Assembly (NCBI GenBank): GCA_028826165.1
Contig: JAPDFW010000068.1
Span: forward strand, 186,001 to 250,000
Direction: 5' to 3'
DNA from: Anaeramoeba ignava BMAN
Taxonomy: Eukaryota > Protista > Anaeramoebae
Length of the DNA stretch: 64,000 nt
Shown in pieces: positions 1-13,689 of the stretch (position 1 is its first letter; each line of letters begins with the position of its first letter). The notes beneath the pieces were generated by a model that saw only the letters and a list, made by a program, of their open reading frames with translations, was not told the DNA's origin and made no database searches. Both the position numbers and the translations under genes were made by a program.

Positions 1-631
1 AAATGGAAAAGCAAAACAAGGAGAATCATTCAATGGAAGAGGAGGAGATCTTCAAGATACAAATAAAGGAGGTGGTGGAGCTGGTTTGGGTTCAGGTAAT
101 TTTGGAGGTATTGGAGGAGGTGGAGGAGGATATGGAACTAAAGGTGAAGATTCTGAACCAAATAGATATCGAGGAGGAAATCGTCCAGGAGGAAAAGGAG
201 GAGAAATTTATGGAGATGAAAAAATAACACAACTTTATTTAGGATCAGGTGGTGGTTCTGGTCATCCATATTATAATGGACAAACAAAGGGAAAAGGAGG
301 AAATGGAGGAGGAGCTTTATTATTAGAAGCAAATACTATTATTAATAATGGTGAAATTTATTGTAATGGAGAAAAAGGTGAAGATGGAATTAATGGAACA
401 TATGGTTCAGGAGGAGGAGGAGGAAGTGGAGGAAGTATTTTATTTATTTCAAAATTAATTTTCAATAACGGAACAATTGAAGCTAAAGGTGGTGAAAAAG
501 GAATTGGTCTCCATTCATCTGATCCAGGAGCTAATTCTTCAGGTGGAAAAGGAGGAAATGGAAGAATTGCTGTTTGTGGAGTTGCTAAAGGATTAACTCC
601 AAATCCAAATTGGTTTATTTATCAAAATTAA
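1..631 (+). CDS. Glycine-rich domain protein, 3' part only (5' end outside window)
   Basis: Frame +2 is open from base 2 (NGKAKQGESFNGRGGD...) to TAA at 629-631. It has repeated GGGGSGG/GGKGG motifs with beta-strand spacers (ALLLEA, SILFIS, RIAVC). Confidence 0.75.
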   Translation, partial: NGKAKQGESFNGRGGDLQDTNKGGGGAGLGSGNFGGIGGGGGGYGTKGEDSEPNRYRGGNRPGGKGGEIYGDEKITQLYLGSGGGSGHPYYNGQTKGKGGNGGGALLLEANTIINNGEIYCNGEKGEDGINGTYGSGGGGGSGGSILFISKLIFNNGTIEAKGGEKGIGLHSSDPGANSSGGKGGNGRIAVCGVAKGLTPNPNWFIYQN

Positions 632-659
632 AATCAAAATGCAAATGAAAATTTAAATG

Positions 660-1010
660 AAAAATCAAAGTCAAATTCAAAAATAAAAAACCAAATTCAA
701 AAACCAACAAAAAAATGAAAAACAAAAAAATGGAATTTAAAATTTAAAATTAAAATTAAAATTAAAATCAAAATTAAAATCATATTTAAGATTAAAATTA
801 AAATCAAAATTAAAATTAAAATTAAAATCAAAATTAAAATCAAAATTAAAATTAAAATCAAAATTAAAATTAAAATTAAAATTAAAATTAAAATTAAAAT
901 TAAAATCAATATTAAAATCGAAATCAAAATCAAATTCAAATTTAAAATTTAAAATAAAAATTTAAATGAAAATTAAAATTAAAATTAAAATTAAAATCAA
1001 AATCAAAATA
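660..1010. repeat. (AAAATT/AAAATC)n hexamer microsatellite
   Basis: Directly visible tandem hexamers after the stop codon. They generate the spurious ILILIL ORF. Confidence 0.95.
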
Positions 1011-1086
1011 AACTCAATTTTAAAAGAAAAAGAAAATCGGATAAAAATTTTTTAATTAGAAAATTAAAACAAAAAAACATTAAAAA

Positions 1087-1136
1087 ACGTCATTCATTTT
1101 CTAATTAAAAAATAAAAGGATTTATGACGTCATTCA
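1087..1136 (+). promoter_or_regulatory. Duplicated ACGTCATTCA; second copy forms a perfect CRE-type palindrome TGACGTCA (1125-1132) upstream of eIF6
   Basis: Two 10-mers 40 bp apart in otherwise almost CpG-free intergenic DNA. Confidence 0.35.
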
Positions 1137-1364
1137 ATAAGGAAAAAAAAAGGAAAATAAAAAGAAAAAAAATAAAAAAAAGAATTTCCATTTTTCTTTC
1201 TTTTTTTTTCAACTTCTTCTTTTTTTGAGCTTTCTGTAATTAATTTAAATTTAAATCTTAATCTTGATTTTAATCTTAAATTAATTTTAATTTTAATTTT
1301 AATTTTAATTTTGATTTTAATTTTAATTTTTAATTTTATTTGAAAAAAAAGAAAATAATCTAAA

Positions 1365-2105
1365 ATGGCTTTTCGAGCTCAATTTCAAAACAGTTCAGAT
1401 ATTGGAGTATTTACAAGACTAACAAACAAATATTGCCTTATTGGATTAGGAGGAAGTGAGAACTTTTATTCAATTTTTGAAGGGGAACTTAGCGATCACA
1501 TACCAGTAATTCATTCAACAATAGCCGGAACAAAAATCATAGGAAGGATGACAACAGGGAACAAAAACGGATTACTTCTTCCGAGCCCAACAACCGATCA
1601 GGAACTACAACTGATAAGAAACTCACTTCCGGATGAAATCGTGGTAAAAAGAATAGATGAGAGAATGACGGCTTTGGGGAACTGCATAGCTTGCAATGAC
1701 TATGTAGCATTGGTACACCCTGAAATCGAGAAGGAAACAGAAGAACTCATTGCAGATACACTTCAAGTGGAGGTATTTCGGCAAACAATCTCAGGAGAAG
1801 CTCTTGTGGGAACTTATTGTTCTTTTACAAATCAGGGGGGACTTGTCCATACAAAGACTAATGTCGAAGAACAAGATGAACTCTCCTCTTTATTACAAAT
1901 ACCCTTGGTTTCTGGAACTGTTAATAAAGGTAGTGATCTTATCTCAGCTGGTCTTTGTGTTAATGACTGGATTGCCTTCTGTGGTATTGATACTACTAGT
2001 ACTGAAATTACTACTATCGAAAATATCTTCAAACTTGATGAGCAAAAATTTCCGTTGAAAATTTTTCATAATTTAAGAGATCCAATTGTTGACCAAATGG
2101 TTTGA
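1365..2105 (+). CDS. EIF6: Eukaryotic translation initiation factor 6
   Basis: Intronless 246-aa ORF with classic eIF6 motifs ([56 protein letters not shown]). Confidence 0.98.
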   Translation: MAFRAQFQNSSDIGVFTRLTNKYCLIGLGGSENFYSIFEGELSDHIPVIHSTIAGTKIIGRMTTGNKNGLLLPSPTTDQELQLIRNSLPDEIVVKRIDERMTALGNCIACNDYVALVHPEIEKETEELIADTLQVEVFRQTISGEALVGTYCSFTNQGGLVHTKTNVEEQDELSSLLQIPLVSGTVNKGSDLISAGLCVNDWIAFCGIDTTSTEITTIENIFKLDEQKFPLKIFHNLRDPIVDQMV

Positions 2106-2299
2106 TTTTTAATTCTTTTATATATATCTTCTATGATTATATATAATTGCTCTCTTTTTTTTTCAAGTTGATTTTTTTCGCTTGATTGTGTTTTGTTGAT
2201 AATTGGATTTCTTTTTCTTTTTCTTTTTCTTTTTTGAATTTAAAAAAAAAGTGGAATTTTATTTTTGAATAAATTTAGATCAAATTCCAAAAAAAAAAC

Positions 2300-2641
2300 A
2301 TTTTAATTTTAATTTTAATTTTGATTTTGATTTTAATTTTAATTTTGATTTTAATTTTAATTTTAATTTTAATTTTAATTTTAATTTTAATTTTGATTTT
2401 AATTTTAATTTTGATTTTAATTTTAATTTTAATTTTAATCTTAAATATGATTTTAATTTTAAATTTTAATTTTAATTTTTAATTTTAATTTTAATTTTAA
2501 TTTTAATTTTAATTTTAATTTTAATTTTAATTTTAATTTTAATTTTAATTTTGATTTTAAATTTTAATTTTAATTTTAATTTTAATTTTAATTTTAATTT
2601 TAATTTTAATTTTAATTTTAATTTTAATTTTAATTTTAATT
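2300..2641. repeat. (TTTTAA/TTTTGA)n hexamer microsatellite
   Basis: Visible tandem array directly downstream of the minus-strand stop at 2642. Confidence 0.95.
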
Positions 2642-4318
2642 TTAATTTTGATTATTAAATTTATTAATTAATAAATCAAATAAATTTGGATTTGTTTGAT
2701 TTAATTGAAAATAATCAATTCCAATTTGAATTTCATCAATTATTTCTTGTGTAATTTGAATTTCATCTTTAATTTGATTCGAATAAATCCAATATTCAAA
2801 TATTTGAAATGATTTATTACTTAATTCACTATAATCTGTAACTTTATTTGAAGTATCATTTGTTACAGATAAAAACATTCCTCGATATAATTCACTTCTC
2901 ATTATTAATATTAATTTTGGAAATTTATATTGTTTTTCTTTTCTTTCAATAATAAAATATTTTTCATTTTCATTTTCATTTCCATTTAAATAAATTCTTT
3001 TCATTGTTTCTTCAATTTTTTCATTTGAATTTATAATTTCTTTAATTTCAAAATATAATTTTGGATTTATTATTCTGTTTGAATAAATCATTTCAAATAT
3101 TTGATTTGATTCTTTAATTGATTTTTTTGAAATAATTTCTTGAAGTTTTTCAATTTGATTTTGATTTTGATTTAATCTATATTTCAATATTAATTTATGA
3201 GCTTCAATTATTTCTCCATTTTTGGTTTTAAATGAAATATTGCAAAATTCTTTTCTTCTAAATAGTTTTATCAAATCTTCTTCAAGATTGGAAAAAGAAG
3301 GAGAATAATAAAGAAATGATCTGTTATATCCACAAAGAATATGATAATTAGAAATTTTTTCATTAAATCTTAATTTAGGAAGTTCAATTTGAATTGGAAT
3401 TTTTTTATATTCTGTATTTCCAGTTCCTAATTCACCATAACCATTGTTTCCAAATCCAATTAATTTTGAATTGGAAGTTAAAATCAAAGTATAAGTATCG
3501 CCAATAGAAATTTCAAGAATATTATCATCATTTTCAAATAAAGATGATTTGATTTCAGTAAATTTATAAGTATTTTCATTTTTGCCAAGTCCATTATATC
3601 GATTATGGCCACATGAATAAAGTTTTCTTTTTGGATTTTCATTTTCATTTTCAATTTCGATCAACATTACTGAATGAGTATATCCACATTGAATATCAAT
3701 TATTTTGCCTTTTGGAATATTTTGGATTTTGGTTAATTTTTGGATTTTCCATTTGTTTAATTTTCCTAATCCAAGTTGACCATAATAATTATATCCGCAT
3801 CCAAATAATTCTTGATTTGAATTTAAAAGAAAAACATGATCTGAACCATTTCCTGAAAATATTTTAGAAACATTTTTCATCATTAAAATTGGTTTTTCTG
3901 TTTTATTAAGTGCATATGAATCAAAACCAAGTTGACAATCATCATTTGAACCAATTCCATAAGCATTTTGATTTGAAGTTAATAAGTAAATTGAATTAGA
4001 TCCAGAAACAATATCTTGAATTATTCTATCATTTGTATCTTCAATTAATGATGAAATATTGATAAATTCATTTGGATTTTCTGGATTAATATATTCTCCT
4101 TTAGCAAATACATTTCCTTCTATTGTTAAAATAGCTTCATTTTGATAACCAACAGTTACTTTTTGAATATTTTCTTTAATTTGGATTTTTTGAGGATTTT
4201 GTTTTGAATTAAATAAATATTCTATTGCTTTTCCATTTTCAAAAAGCAAAATTGTTGATAAACTTGATGATGAAATTTGTTTAATTTGTTTTTCATTTTC
4301 ATTTTCATTTTCATTCAT
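2642..4318 (-). CDS. RCC1-repeat + tandem BTB/POZ-like protein, copy 1 (intact, lacks the N-terminal MNDCLFFGRN segment)
   Basis: 558-aa ORF with RCC1 blades (GSNDDCQLG, CGYNYYGQLG, FGNNGYGELGTG) followed by BTB-like segments (FCNISF...IEAHKLILKYR; KLILIMRSELYRGMF). Confidence 0.88.
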   Translation of the reverse strand: MNENENENEKQIKQISSSSLSTILLFENGKAIEYLFNSKQNPQKIQIKENIQKVTVGYQNEAILTIEGNVFAKGEYINPENPNEFINISSLIEDTNDRIIQDIVSGSNSIYLLTSNQNAYGIGSNDDCQLGFDSYALNKTEKPILMMKNVSKIFSGNGSDHVFLLNSNQELFGCGYNYYGQLGLGKLNKWKIQKLTKIQNIPKGKIIDIQCGYTHSVMLIEIENENENPKRKLYSCGHNRYNGLGKNENTYKFTEIKSSLFENDDNILEISIGDTYTLILTSNSKLIGFGNNGYGELGTGNTEYKKIPIQIELPKLRFNEKISNYHILCGYNRSFLYYSPSFSNLEEDLIKLFRRKEFCNISFKTKNGEIIEAHKLILKYRLNQNQNQIEKLQEIISKKSIKESNQIFEMIYSNRIINPKLYFEIKEIINSNEKIEETMKRIYLNGNENENEKYFIIERKEKQYKFPKLILIMRSELYRGMFLSVTNDTSNKVTDYSELSNKSFQIFEYWIYSNQIKDEIQITQEIIDEIQIGIDYFQLNQTNPNLFDLLINKFNNQN

Positions 4319-4812
4319 TTTTGAAAAGAAAAATGAAAAATTTTCATTTTAATTTTCATTTTAATTTTAATTTTAAATTAAAATTGATTTTGATTTTAAT
4401 TTTGATTTTTTTTAAAATTTTAATTTTAATTGGAAATTTTAATTTTAACCAAAAATTTAAACAATCATTCATTTTTTTTGAAAAGAAAAATTTTAAAAAT
4501 GATTTTTAATTTTAAATTTTAATTTTTTTTAATTTTAATTTTAATTTTAATTTTAATTTAATTTTAATTAAATTTTAATTTTAATTTTAAATTTTAATTT
4601 TGATTTAATTTTAATTTTAATTTTAATTTTAATTTTAATTTTAATTTTAATTTTAATTTTAATTTTAAATTTTAATTTTAATTTTAAATTTTATAATTTT
4701 AATTTTTAATTTTAATTTTAATTTTAATTTTAATTTTAATTTTAATTTTAATTTGATTTAAATTTAAATTTAATTTTAATTTTAATTTTAATTTTAATTT
4801 TTAATTTTGATT

Positions 4813-6586
4813 TTAATTTTGATTATTAAATTTGTTAATTAATAAATCAAATAAATTTGGATATGTTTGATTTAATTGAAAATAATCAATTCCAATTTCA
4901 ATCTCATTAATAATTTCTTGTGTAATTTCAATTTCATCTTTAATTTGATTTGAATAAATCCAATATTCAAATAATTGAAATGATTTATTACTTAATTCAC
5001 TATAATCTGTAACTTTATTTGATTTATCTTCAGTAACAGATAAAAACAATCCTCGATATAATTCACTTCTCATTATTAATATTAATTTGGGAAATTTATA
5101 TTTCTTTTCTTTTCTTTCAATAATAAAATCTTTTTCATTTTCATTTAAATAAATTCTTTTAATTGTTTCTTCAATTTTTTCATTTGAATTTATAATTTCT
5201 TTAATTTCTAAATATAATTTTGGATTTATTTTGGAATTATTTGAATAAATCATTTCAAATATTTGATTTGATTCTTTAATTGATTTTTTTGAAATAATTT
5301 CTTTAAGTTTTTCAATTTGATTTTGATTTTGATTTAATCTATATTTCAATATTAATTTATGAGCTTCAATTATTTCTCCATTTTTGGTTTTAAATGAAAT
5401 ATTGCAAAATTCTTTTCTTCTAAATAATTTTATCAAATCTTCTTCAAGATTGGAAAAAGAAGAAAGAAAAGGAGAATAATAAAGGAATGATTTTTATTTC
5501 TACAAAGAACATGATAATTTGAAATATTTTCATTAAATTTTAATTCAGGAAGTTCAATTTGAAATGGAATTTTTTGATCTTTTGTGTCTCCAGTTCCTAA
5601 TTGACCATAAGAATTATCTCCAAATCCAATTAATTTTGAATTAGAAACTAAAATCAAAGTATGAGTATCTCCACAAGAAAAATCAAGAATATTATCATCA
5701 TTTTCAAATAAATATGATTTGATTTCAGTAAATTCATAAGTATCTTTATTTTTGCCAAGTCCATTATATCGATTATTTCCACATGAATAAAGTTTTCTTT
5801 TTGGATTTTCATTTTCATCTTCATTTTCAATCAACATTACTGTATGAATATATCCACATTGAATATCAATTATTTGATCTTTTGGAATATTTTGGATTTT
5901 GGTTAATTTTTGGATATTGTTTTGCTTTATTGATGGTTCTCCTAATCCAAGTTGACCATGATAATTGAATCCACATGTGAATAATTCTTGATTTGAATTT
6001 AAAAGAAAAACATGAAATGAAGTATTTCCTGAAAATATTTTAGAAACATTTTTCATCATTAAAATTGGTTTTTCTGTTTTTTTAAGTGTTTTAGAATCTA
6101 AACCAAGTTGACAATCATAATTACCACCAATTCCATAAGCATTTTGATTTGAAGTTAATAAGTAAATTGAATTAGATCCAGAAACAATATCTTCAATTAT
6201 TCTATCATTTGTATCTTCAATTAATGATGAAATATTGATAAATTCTTTTGGATTTTTTGGATTAATATTATTTCCTTTTGCAAATACATTTCCTTCTTTT
6301 GTTAAAATAGCTTCATTTTGATAACCACCAGTTACTTTTTGAATATTTTCTTTAATTTGAATTTTTTCAGGATTTTGATTTGGATCATTTTCTCTTAAAT
6401 ATTCTATTGCTTTTCCATTTTCAAAAAGGAAAATTGTTGATAACTTGATGAAAAAATTTGTTTAATTTGTTTTTCATTTTCATTTTCATTTTCGAATTTA
6501 AATTGAATTGGTTTTGTTATTATATCTGGTTTATTTTCGATAATTTTTGGATAGTCATTTCTTCCAAAAAATAAACAATCATTCAT
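4813..6586 (-). CDS. RCC1-BTB protein, copy 2 (frameshifts near 6442 and 5492; pseudogene or assembly error)
   Basis: Three ORF pieces are colinear with copy 1. The breaks are single-base deletions relative to paralogs. Confidence 0.8.
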
Positions 6587-6763
6587 TTTTGAAAAGAAAA
6601 AAATGAAAAAATGATTTTGGAATTTTAATTTTAATTTTAATTTTGATTTGAATTTTAATTTTGATTTTAATTTTAATTTGGAATTTTTATTTTGATTTTA
6701 ATTTTGATTTTGATTTTAATTTTAATTTTAATTTTAATTTTAATTTTAATTTTAATTTTAATT

Positions 6764-8530
6764 TTAATTTTGATTATTAAATTTGTTAATTAATAAATCA
6801 AATAAATTTGGATATGTTTGATTTAATTGAAAATAATCAATTCCTCTTTCTAATTCTTCAATGATTTCTTTTGTAATCTCAATTTCATCTTTAATTTGAT
6901 TTGAATAAATCCAATATTCAAATATTTGAAATGATTTATTACTTAATTCACTATAATCTGTAACTTTATTAGAAGTATCATTTGTTACAGATAAAAACAT
7001 TCCTCGATATAATTCACTTCTCATTATTAATATTAATTTAGGAAATTTATATTGTTTTTCTTTTCTTTCAATTATAAAATCTTTTTCATTTTCATTTAAA
7101 TAAATTCTTTTCATTGTTTCTTCAATTTTTTCATTTGAATTTATAATTTCTTTAATTTCAGAATATAATTTTGGATTTATTTTGGAATTATTTGAATAAA
7201 TCATTTCAAATATTTGATTTGATTCTTTAATTGATTTATTTGAAATAATTTCTTTAAGTTTTTCAATTTGATTTTGATTTTGATTTAATCTATATTTCAA
7301 TATTAATTTATGAGCTTCGATTATTTCTCCATTTTCTGTTTTAAATGAAATATTGCAAAATTCTTTTCTTCTAAATAGTTTTATCAAATCTTCTTCAAGA
7401 TTTGAAAAAGAAGAAAGGAAAGGAGAATAATAAATAAATGATTTTAGATCACCACAAGAAATATGATAATTAGAAATATTTTCATTAAATCTTAATTTAG
7501 GAAGTTCAATTTGAATTGGAATTTTTTTATATTTTGTGTCTCCAGTTCCTAATTCACCATAAGAATTATTTCCAAATCCAATTAATTTTCCTTTAGAAGT
7601 TAATATCAAAGTATGATAAAAACCAACAGAAAAATCAAGAATATTATCATTTTCAAATAAAGATGATTTGATTTCAGTAAATTCATAAGTATTTTCATAT
7701 TGGCCAAGTCCATTAAATTGATAATTTCCACATGAATAAAGTTTTCTTTTTGGATGTTCATTTTCATTTTCATTTTCAATCAACATTATTGAATAAGTAT
7801 ATCCACATTGAATATCAATTATTTTGCCTTTTGGAATATTTTGGATTTTGGTTAATTTATTGATTTTCCATTTGTTTAATTTTCCTAATCCAAGTTGACC
7901 ATAATCATTATATCCACATCCAAATAATTCTTGATTTGAATTTAAAAGAAAAACATGATCTGAAGTATCTCCTGAAAATATTTTAGAAACATTTTTCATC
8001 ATTAAAATTGGTTTTTCTGTTTTTTGGAGTGTTTGATAATCAAAACCAAGTTGACCAGAATAATTTAAACCAATTCCATAAACATTTTGATTTGAAGTTA
8101 ATAAGTAAATTGAACGAGATCCAGAAACAATATCTTGAATTATTCTATCATTTATATCTTCAATTAATGATGAAATATTGATGAATTGATTTGGATTATT
8201 TGGATTAATATCTTTTCCTTTGGCAAATACATTTCCTTCTATTGTTAAAATAGCTTCATTTGATAACCAACAGATACTTTGAATATTTTCTTTAATTTGA
8301 ATTTTTGAAGGATTTTGATTTGGATCATTTTTCTCTTAAATATTCTATTGCTTTTCCATTTTTAAAAAGGAAAATTGTTGTAAACTTGATGAAATTTGTT
8401 TAATTTGTTTTTCATTTTCATTTTCATTTTCATTTTCAAATTTAAATTGAATTGGTTTTGTTATTTCTTTTTGTTTCATTTTTGAAAAGTTTTGGTTTTT
8501 GATTTAAACCAAAAATAAACAATCATCCAT
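6764..8530 (-). CDS. RCC1-BTB protein, copy 3 (several homopolymer indels at about 8255-8480)
   Basis: 412-aa intact 3' ORF. The 5' part (MDDCLFFG from ATG 8530) is homologous but broken by short indels in T/A runs. Confidence 0.8.
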
Positions 8531-8720
8531 TTTTGAAAAAGAAAAATGAAAAATGATTTTGGAATTTTAATTTAGATTTTAATTTTAATTATTAAATTTG
8601 TTAATTTAAATTTGGATTTGTTTGATTTAATTGAAAATAATCAATTCCCATTTGAATTTCATCAATTATTTCTTTTTGAATTTGATTTAATTTTTGTTCG
8701 AATTAAAAATTAAACAATTT

Positions 8721-10572
8721 TTACTTTTTCTCATTTTGATTTTGATTTTGATTATTAAATTTGTTAATTAATAAATCAAATAAATTTGGATATGTTTGAT
8801 TTAATTGAAAATAATCAATTCCTCTTTTAAGTTCATCAATTATTTCTTGTGTAATTTGAATTCCATCTTTGATTTGATTTGAATAAATCCAATATTCAAA
8901 TATTTGAAATGATTCTTCACTTAATTCACTATAATCTGTAACTTTATTAGAAGTATCATTTGTTACAGATAAAAACATTCCTCGATATAATTCACTTCTC
9001 ATTATTAATATTAATTTAGGAAATTTATATTGTTTTTCTTTTCTTTCAATTATAAAATCTTTTTCATTTTCATTTTCATTTCCATTTAAATAAATTCTTT
9101 TCATTGTTTCTTCAATTTTTTCATTTGAATTTATAATTTCTTTAATTTCAGAATATAATTTTGGATTTATTATTTTGTTTGAATAAATCATTTCAAATAT
9201 TTGATTGGATTCTTTAATTGATTTAGTTGAAATAATTTCTTGAAGTTTTTCAATTTGATTTTCATTTTCATCTTTTAATCTATATTTCAATATTAATTTG
9301 TGAGCTTCGATTATTTCTCCATTTTCTGTTTTAAATGAAATATCACAAAATTCTTTTCTTCTAAATAGTTTTATCAAATCTTCTTCAAGATTGGAAAAAG
9401 AAGAAAGGAAAGGAGAATAATAAATAAATGATTTTTCATTTCTACAAAGAATATGATAATTGAAAATATTTTCATTAAATCTTAATTTAGGAAGTTCAAT
9501 TTGAATAGGAATTAATTTATTTTCTGTATCTCCAGTTCCTAATTGACCAAATTTATTATTTCCAAATCCGATTAATTTTGAATTGGCTGTTAAAATCAAA
9601 GTATGAGTATTTCCACCAGAAAAATCAAGAATATTATCATTTTCAAATAAAGATGATTTTATTTCAGTAAATTCATAAGTATCTTCATATTTGCCAAGTC
9701 CATTATATTTATAATTTCCACATGAATAAAGTTTTCTTTTTGGATTTTCATTTTCATTTTCAATCAACATTATTGAATAAGTATATCCAGATTGAATATC
9801 AATTATTTTACCTTTTGGAATATTTTGGATTTTGGTTAATTTATTGATTACTGGCAATTTTTTTGATGATAACCCAAGTTTGGAGTAGTAATTCCAACCA
9901 CATGTAAATAATTCTTGATTTGGATTTAAAAGGAAAACATGATCTGAAGTATCTCCTGAAAATATTTTAGAAACATTTTTCATCATTAAAATTGGTTTTT
10001 CTGTTTTTGGAAGTGTTTTAGAATTAAAACCAAGTTGACCATAATAATTATTACCAATTCCATAAGCATTTTGATTTGAAGTTAATAAGTAAATTGATTT
10101 AGCTCCACAAACAATATCTTGAATTATTCTATCATTTGTATCTTGAATTAATGATGAAATATTGATAAACTCTTTTGGATTTTCTGGATTAATATTTCTT
10201 CCTTTGGCAAATACATTTCTTTCTATTGTTAAAATAGATTCATTATAATCACCAACAGTTACTTTTTGAATATTTTCAATTTGGATTTTTTTGAGATGTT
10301 GATTTGGATCATTTTGATTTAAATATTCTATTGCTTTTCCATTTTTAAAAAGGAAAATTGAAAAATTTCCTGATGAAAAATTTCATTTTGATTTGAATTT
10401 TCATTTTAATTTTTTTTTCATTTTCATTTTCATTTTCATTTTCATTTTCATTTTCATTTTCATTTTCATTTTCATTTTCAAATTTAAATTGAATTGGTTC
10501 TATTATTTTTTCTGGTTCATTTTTGAAAAGAGTTGGTAATTGATTTCTTCCAAAAAATAAACAATCATTCAT
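8721..10572 (-). CDS. RCC1-BTB protein, copy 4 (garbled or frameshifted near 10350-10420)
   Basis: MNDCLFFGRN start at 10572, an EN repeat, then homologous sequence continuing into the 421-aa ORF. Confidence 0.8.
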
Positions 10573-10663
10573 TTTTGAAAAAGAAAAAAAATGAAAAAAT
10601 GAAAAAAAATTTTTTTGAATTTTAATTTTTTCATTTTTTTATTTCTTTCTTTCTTTTAAAAAA

Positions 10664-13548
10664 ATGACAAATGAAATTTCAAATATTGATCTTTTTACAG
10701 AAAAAATTGAATGGGAAGAAATTTTTACAGTTTTAAATGAAGCAAAAGAAGGTTAATTAAATTTTAATTTTAATTTTAATTTTGATTTTAATTTTAATTT
10801 AAATTTTAATTTTAATTTTAATTTTAATTTTAATTTTAATTTTAATTTTAATTTTAATTTTAATTTTAATTTTGATTTTAATTTTGATTTTAAATTTTGA
10901 TTTTAAATTTAATTTTAATTTTGATTTTAAATTTAATTTTAATTTTAATTTTAATTTTAATTTAAATTTTAATTTAAATTTGATTTAAAATTAAAAGAAA
11001 TGAAAATGGGAGAACTTTTAAGTTCAAAAGAATTCACCATTTCGAAAACAAAATATTATCGAGAAATTGGAAATGTAAAATCTGATTCTGGACTTGTTCG
11101 AGTTCCAGGAGAATTATTTACAATTGAAGAAGCACAAGGAAGTTTTCCGTTATCTAATTTAACTGCACCACAAGTATTATCAGTTATGGATAAGTTATTT
11201 TGTTGTGAAATGACTTGGTTAAATGGTGAAAATATCGCTCAAACTATTTTTTCCTCCTTTTATTGTTATTATATTGAATCTGTTCAAAATAAACCTTTGA
11301 AATTATTTTGTCAATCTGTTTTAAAACATTGTGTTGTTATTTTAAGATTGATTTCTACTACTGGTGTTTATGTTGTAAATTTTATATTTAATTTTAATTT
11401 ATATTTAATTTTTATATTTAAATTTTATATTTAAATTTTATATTTAAATTTATATTTAATTTTATATTTAAAATTTTATATTTAAATTATATTTAAATTT
11501 ATATTTAATTTTATATTTAAATTATATTTTAATTTAAATTATATTTAATTTTATATTTAATTTTATATTTAATTTTATATTTAATTTTATATTTAATTTT
11601 ATATTTAATTTTATATTTAAATTTTATATTTAATTTTATATTTAAATTATATTTAAAAATTTATATTTAATTTTATATTTAATTTTTATATTTAAATTTT
11701 ATTTAATTTTATATTTAAATTATATTTAAATTTTAGGAAGATGAAGATTTTACAACAAATGTTTTTGGATTTAATTTATTTGATGGACCAATAAACCAAA
11801 ATCTAGAAAAATTCGAAAAAGAAATTATCCAAGAATCAGAATTACGAATAGAATCCGAAAACGAAATAGCAAACGAATTAGACACACTTTTAGATTGCAT
11901 GCTTGGCGGAATCACAAAAAATGATTTCTTAGAAGCACTTTTAGTGCGTTTCAAATTAAGAAAATTACTTTTAAATATTCAAGAAACATTTGAAAAAGAA
12001 CCAAACGAAGACAATTTGGAAATTTTACACAAAAAAATCACAGAAGAAATGGAAGAAATAATTCTCAAATTAACAAAAACACATGAAAAATTAATAGAAA
12101 TTTTTGGGGAAAAAGATCCGCCAGGATTTGATACAGAAATCCATCGGAGAAGAATATCTCCACCAACACAAATCCGGACTGTCAAGATATTTGATTTCGG
12201 ATCTTCAATTTCAATGCTTAAGAAAATCATGGATGAAACCAAATGGATTTGCGAAATTTTTGGATATTTAGATCCCATGTCGAAAATAAATTGGGATAGC
12301 GAAGCGATTCCCGAAATTGGATATCGCGAAAGATTATTTTATTATTTAATCAATTTTAGTCACAAAAACCCTAATATTATTTCGCGGTCGCGATTGAAGC
12401 TACTCGTGACCCAAGAACAATCTATTTTGCAGGAAATCAAGATGGATGAGATGATTATTGAGGATATGGTTGAGTTTGGGGTGCTTCCCAAATATGCAAA
12501 ACACAAGGAGGCGCACCCAACAATAATGACCATATCGTTTGTTTTTACGGAAATGATTTCTGCACCTTGTTTTGAAAAGACAACATATTACAAAAAGCTG
12601 AAAAAATTATTCCAATTGTGGGGAAGTACAATTTCGAAAGGAAATCAACTTGACCCGACTTTGGTTTCGAAGTCGGACTCGCAAGCAGAAGATTTCGGAC
12701 TTCACGACACTCACATTATCAAAAACTTCCCATTTTCATGTTGGATGCTTGATGTTTCACTGAATATTTGCATATATTACATTTCGCTCTGTTTTGAGCT
12801 TGATTTGTATTCTCTTCCCGAATCAACAAGTGCGTTTTGGTACTTGCATTATTTGATGGGAATAAAATTGAAAACAATGCTTGCAGGAAATTTATATAAA
12901 ATCACAAGAAATCAAAAATTCCCAATTCAGTTTGAAATTTCATCCAAAAAAACAAAAGGAAGAAAAGCAATTTCACAGCATAAATTATACAAGGAGCAAG
13001 AACGCCAAAAGAACCAACGCATCCAGGAAGAGCGCGATCTCGCAACTACAAGATTCATGTATCTTCTTCAAGCACAGCAACTTATATGCAGGGCTCTTCT
13101 GCATCTTATGCTTGGATGCGAAAAGGATAACATAATCGGCCCATCTCAAAATCAAAAATATTCCTTTCTTAATATGCAGGCTGTTTTTAAAAACCGTTTT
13201 AATCTCATCCATTTTGTTCTTAATCCTTCTCATTCTTATCAAACTTTTACTGAAAAAACTGAGTTTCTTCGCGAAAATGATTTCCCTTCGTTCTGTGAAA
13301 GCGCCCTTAATTCCCTTGATGAATGCCAGGCTACTATCCAGGAATGCTTCGAAAAACGTCGAAAGGAATCAATGGTTTCTTTGATCGATGATGAACTCGA
13401 ATCTATTAAAAAATTAGCTTTTGCAAATAAAATTGCGGTTAAACTCATTCTGCAACTTAGAGAGAAACAAAAAATCCCTTTTCTCAGTTTCCGTTTTGAC
13501 ATCCATCCATGGCTTCCTGTTGTGTGTGTGTCTACAACAAAGAAGTGA
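10664..13548 (+). CDS. NAA35: N-alpha-acetyltransferase 35 (NatC auxiliary subunit MAK10); exons 10664-10751, 10998-11374, 11737-13548
   Basis: GT-AG introns 10752-10997 and 11375-11736 join in frame. MAK10-like motifs: MDKLFCCEMTWLNGENIAQTIFS, GVYVEDEDF, FELDLYSLPE...FWYLHYL, HPWLPVV. Confidence 0.88.
11380..11730. repeat. Intronic (ATTTTATATTTA)n-type minisatellite
   Basis: Visible degenerate array of about 12-nt units filling NAA35 intron 2. Confidence 0.9.
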
Positions 13549-13689
13549 AGACTGAGATGATAAATAGTATATTTTTTTTTTGAAAGATAAAAAGAGAAAG
13601 AAAACGATCCACTTTTTTTTTTAAATAAAAATTTTCATTTTTTTCATTTTTTTCATTTTTTCATTTTTCATTTTTCATTTTTCTTTAAA

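Noticed and set aside
8585-8700. Degenerate extra copy of the RCC1-BTB 3' end between copies 3 and 4
   Set aside because: Short and indel-ridden, next to a low-quality-looking stretch; cannot be distinguished from an assembly artefact.
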